From Octopus bimaculoides (taxonomy: Eukaryota), in assembly GCF_001194135.2 (NCBI RefSeq), contig NC_068984.1, positions 126,022,011 through 126,086,010 of the forward strand: 64,000 bases of DNA. The letters are read 5' to 3'. A program made the position numbers and the translations under genes. Position 1 is the stretch's first letter. Every line of letters begins with the position of its first letter. This document shows, piece by piece, positions 62,740 through 64,000 of the stretch. Below the pieces are notes generated by a model, which saw only the letters and a list, made by a program, of their open reading frames with translations, was not told the DNA's origin and searched no databases.

Positions 62740-63305
62740 GGGTGTGTGTGTCTGTGTTTGTCCCCACTGCCATCGCTTGATAACCATTGTTAGTGTGTTA
62801 ATGTCCCTGTAACTTAGTGGTTCAGCAAAAGAGTGATAGAATAAGTACTAGCCCTTCAAAGAATAAGTCCTAGGGTTAGTTTCTTCAACTAAATCCCTTT
62901 AAGGTGGTACTCCAGCATGGCTGTAGCCAAATGACTGAAACAAGTAAAAGAATAATTACTTGACTTGTTAAAAATAGTAGGGAAATCTCCCTAAAATCAA
63001 ATGCTCCCAGATTAAACAAGAGAGGCCACACTGGATAACGTAGTGCTACATATCCCTAAAATGACTGAATAATTACATCTGAAACATCTTTGACCATAGA
63101 TCTATACAATCAGGGCTGGCTTGGATGAAACAACAACTTAAGGAGTAAGGAACATATGCAACACCCTGTATTACAAGGGATTAAAAGGATACTCAAGAGC
63201 AACATCTCGTACAGGTCCCTGACCCACCAAGAGTATATGCTTGTCATGCAAGTCTTCCATGATCTTCAACGGGGTTGGTGAATGTACCACCATGTCAGGT
63301 GTCAC
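54549..63305 (-). CDS. HDHD5: Haloacid dehalogenase-like hydrolase domain-containing 5 (CECR5), 3' seven coding exons; 5' end outside window
   Basis: Exons 63305-63193, 60695-60605, 58779-58740, 57947-57770, 57170-57125, 55864-55722 and 54924-54549 splice in frame (987 nt) with GT-AG introns. Motifs GQGPV, LGF, YPLLDMV, LLGEPIKWE..LQVIIDLLL, NMDL..MPRFGHG.FL.CLE, GKP, GDNP..DV.GAN, LV.TGVY and HGHRD match HDHD5. Confidence 0.95.
55722..55864 (-). CDS. HDHD5: HDHD5 exon (143 nt)
   Basis: ttacag|KITGNELEYSRLVGKPCEIQYRYGEH..KLYFI GG|gtaagt. Confidence 0.95.
55924..56340 (+). mobile_element. R4/Dong-like non-LTR retrotransposon, 5'-truncated, in (TAA)n
   Basis: Uninterrupted frame KTYQKLSKYKDLEIEISKMWNLKTKTIPIVIGALG..EVQKLVLMGTAHILRKILSM* (stop 56147-56149), the C-terminus of a restriction-like endonuclease; (TAA)n on both sides (55876-55923, 56342-56372). 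Confidence 0.85.
56372..56592 (-). mobile_element. SINE family B between (TAA)n tracts
   Basis: ttcaaattttggcacaaggccagc..gaaagaatgaaaggcaaagtc..tttgaactcagaac..gctaagcatttt..ccagctcgc. Confidence 0.88.
57125..57170 (-). CDS. HDHD5: HDHD5 exon (46 nt)
   Basis: catctcag|A FGHGAFLVCLEALYK|gttagt. Confidence 0.95.
57244..57596. mobile_element. Two convergent tRNA-headed SINE (family D) pieces forming an inverted repeat
   Basis: Plus-strand head 57244-57364 and minus-strand copy about 57380-57596; heads align as ggct.agtg..tag...t.ggctcaca.t..t.aggt.gtga..t..att..cag..tg.g.....ct t.agcaa..c.ttatt. Confidence 0.7.
57770..57947 (-). CDS. HDHD5: HDHD5 exon (178 nt)
   Basis: ttacag|CT IILLGEPIKWESYLQVIIDLLLTGGKP..ACNMDLTFMHKANMP AG|gtgacc. 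Confidence 0.95.
58320..58605 (+). mobile_element. SINE family A, diverged 3' two-thirds
   Basis: gtgagtgaatttggtagatggaaact..ttgacaacc..ccagcatggtc..atgactgaaacaagtaaa. Confidence 0.8.
58740..58779 (-). CDS. HDHD5: HDHD5 exon (40 nt)
   Basis: ctatttcag|ARGYVEKDFPPVE G|gtttgt; bridges phase 0 to phase 1 exactly. Confidence 0.88.
58846..58938. repeat. Perfect palindrome with 45-bp arms and a 3-nt loop
   Basis: tacattatttacatttgacggatatttgtcctcatcttgtttgtt-agc-aacaaacaagatgaggacaaatatccgtcaaatgtaaataatgta. Confidence 0.97.
59025..59440 (+). repeat. Unclassified dispersed repeat, copy 2
   Basis: Homologous to 49575-49965. Confidence 0.75.
59443..59622 (+). repeat. Degenerate 20-bp tandem repeat (about 9 units)
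   Basis: Consensus approximately tcagaccacagtttataaag. Confidence 0.75.
60605..60695 (-). CDS. HDHD5: HDHD5 exon (91 nt)
   Basis: acccag|A LGFTNYCLLDDITDAYPLLDMVNHENRKAV|gtaagt. Confidence 0.95.
62020..62640 (-). mobile_element. RTE-like LINE RT fragment (intronic)
   Basis: DLEKAFDRV..IWWSMQKLEIDKWLVRTVQAMY..GFHQG..LFIIILQAITEEFKTGCPWELLYADDL.. Confidence 0.9.
62720..62955 (+). mobile_element. SINE family A 3' half
   Basis: catcgcttgataacc..gatagaataagtactag..ccagcatggctgtagccaaatgactgaaacaagtaaaag. Confidence 0.85.
63193..63305 (-). CDS. HDHD5: HDHD5 exon (113 nt)
   Basis: tttttttcag|VTPDMVVHSPTPLKIMEDLHDKHILLVGQGPVRDVAL GA|gtatcc. Confidence 0.95.
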
Positions 63306-63615
63306 CTGAAAAAAAATAACAAAAGAAAATGGGTACATCAAAATTAGTTTAATAGGGTATAACAGTGTTTGTAACCTTCACCAACCCTATGAACAGAAAT
63401 CATTAAGATAGGTTAGTGTGATTTGTGTTCTCTTTGAATTGTTCAAGTTGTGTATAATGTATGATATATGTAACAACCCTCACTTGTTTCCGAGTGAGGT
63501 ATCGTTCTCCCATGTCTAGACATGGTGAAGACTGGAAATGAACAGTATAACTGTGACACTCATTGACAACAATCATATATCACAAGATGTCAAGACAAGG
63601 AGATACCAACTCACA

Positions 63616-63639
<24 letters not shown>

Positions 63640-63652
<13 letters not shown>

Positions 63653-63800
63653 ACAATGAGTTTCTTTCAGTTTCCATTTACCCAATCCACTCACAAGGTT
63701 TTGGTTGACCCAGGGCTATAGTAGTAAGACTGCAGGAAGAACTGCACCCAGAACCAACTAGTTAGGAATTAAACTTCTTGACCACACAGCCATGCCTGTG
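63640..63800 (-). mobile_element. SINE family A 5' half
   Basis: ttctttcagtttccatttacccaatccactcacaagg..cttgaccacacagccatgcctg. Confidence 0.8.
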
Positions 63801-64000
63801 CATTATACATACAATATATTTCATACATATAGTGTGTGTATTTATTCTATATACTAGCAGAGATATCCGGCGTTGCCTTTGTCACATGGAATTGAAGAAT
63901 TAGACATTTCTTTTATATTTTCTCTAATGAACTGGAATACCTATGATTCGAATTTCATTAATGTAGCTCCAATTCACTCAGCTGTAAATGAGTTCCAGGA

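Overview
Eukaryotic, AT-rich, microsatellite-saturated genomic DNA with many N gaps. The repeat content (tRNA-headed SINEs with internal (TA)n(TG)n tracts, RTE LINE relics, mariner/maT relics, Penelope-like fragments) points to an octopus/coleoid short-read scaffold; this is inferred from pattern recognition, not a database search. One gene is confidently identified: the 3' seven coding exons of HDHD5/CECR5 (HAD-superfamily hydrolase), minus strand 63305..54549. All its introns are GT-AG with compatible phases, and the exons total 987 nt (329 codons including the stop); the 5' exons lie outside the window. A probable second gene encodes an unrecognised small single-pass membrane protein (minus, ATG 14269). 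Two further exon-like segments (9187-9402, 52148-52421) are unassigned. Most ORFs in the supplied track are microsatellite or N-gap artefacts. The most unusual items are: a U6 snRNA retrocopy fused to a LINE/SINE-type 3' tail; two R4/Dong-like fragments inside (TAA)n microsatellites, one abutting an HDHD5 splice acceptor; a TIR element carrying TTAGGG repeats; a maT transposon whose deleted middle is filled by an inverted copy of flanking DNA; SINE tandem arrays; a hammerhead-like motif; and several intronic hairpins. There is no evidence for CRISPR arrays, rRNA or intact tRNA genes.
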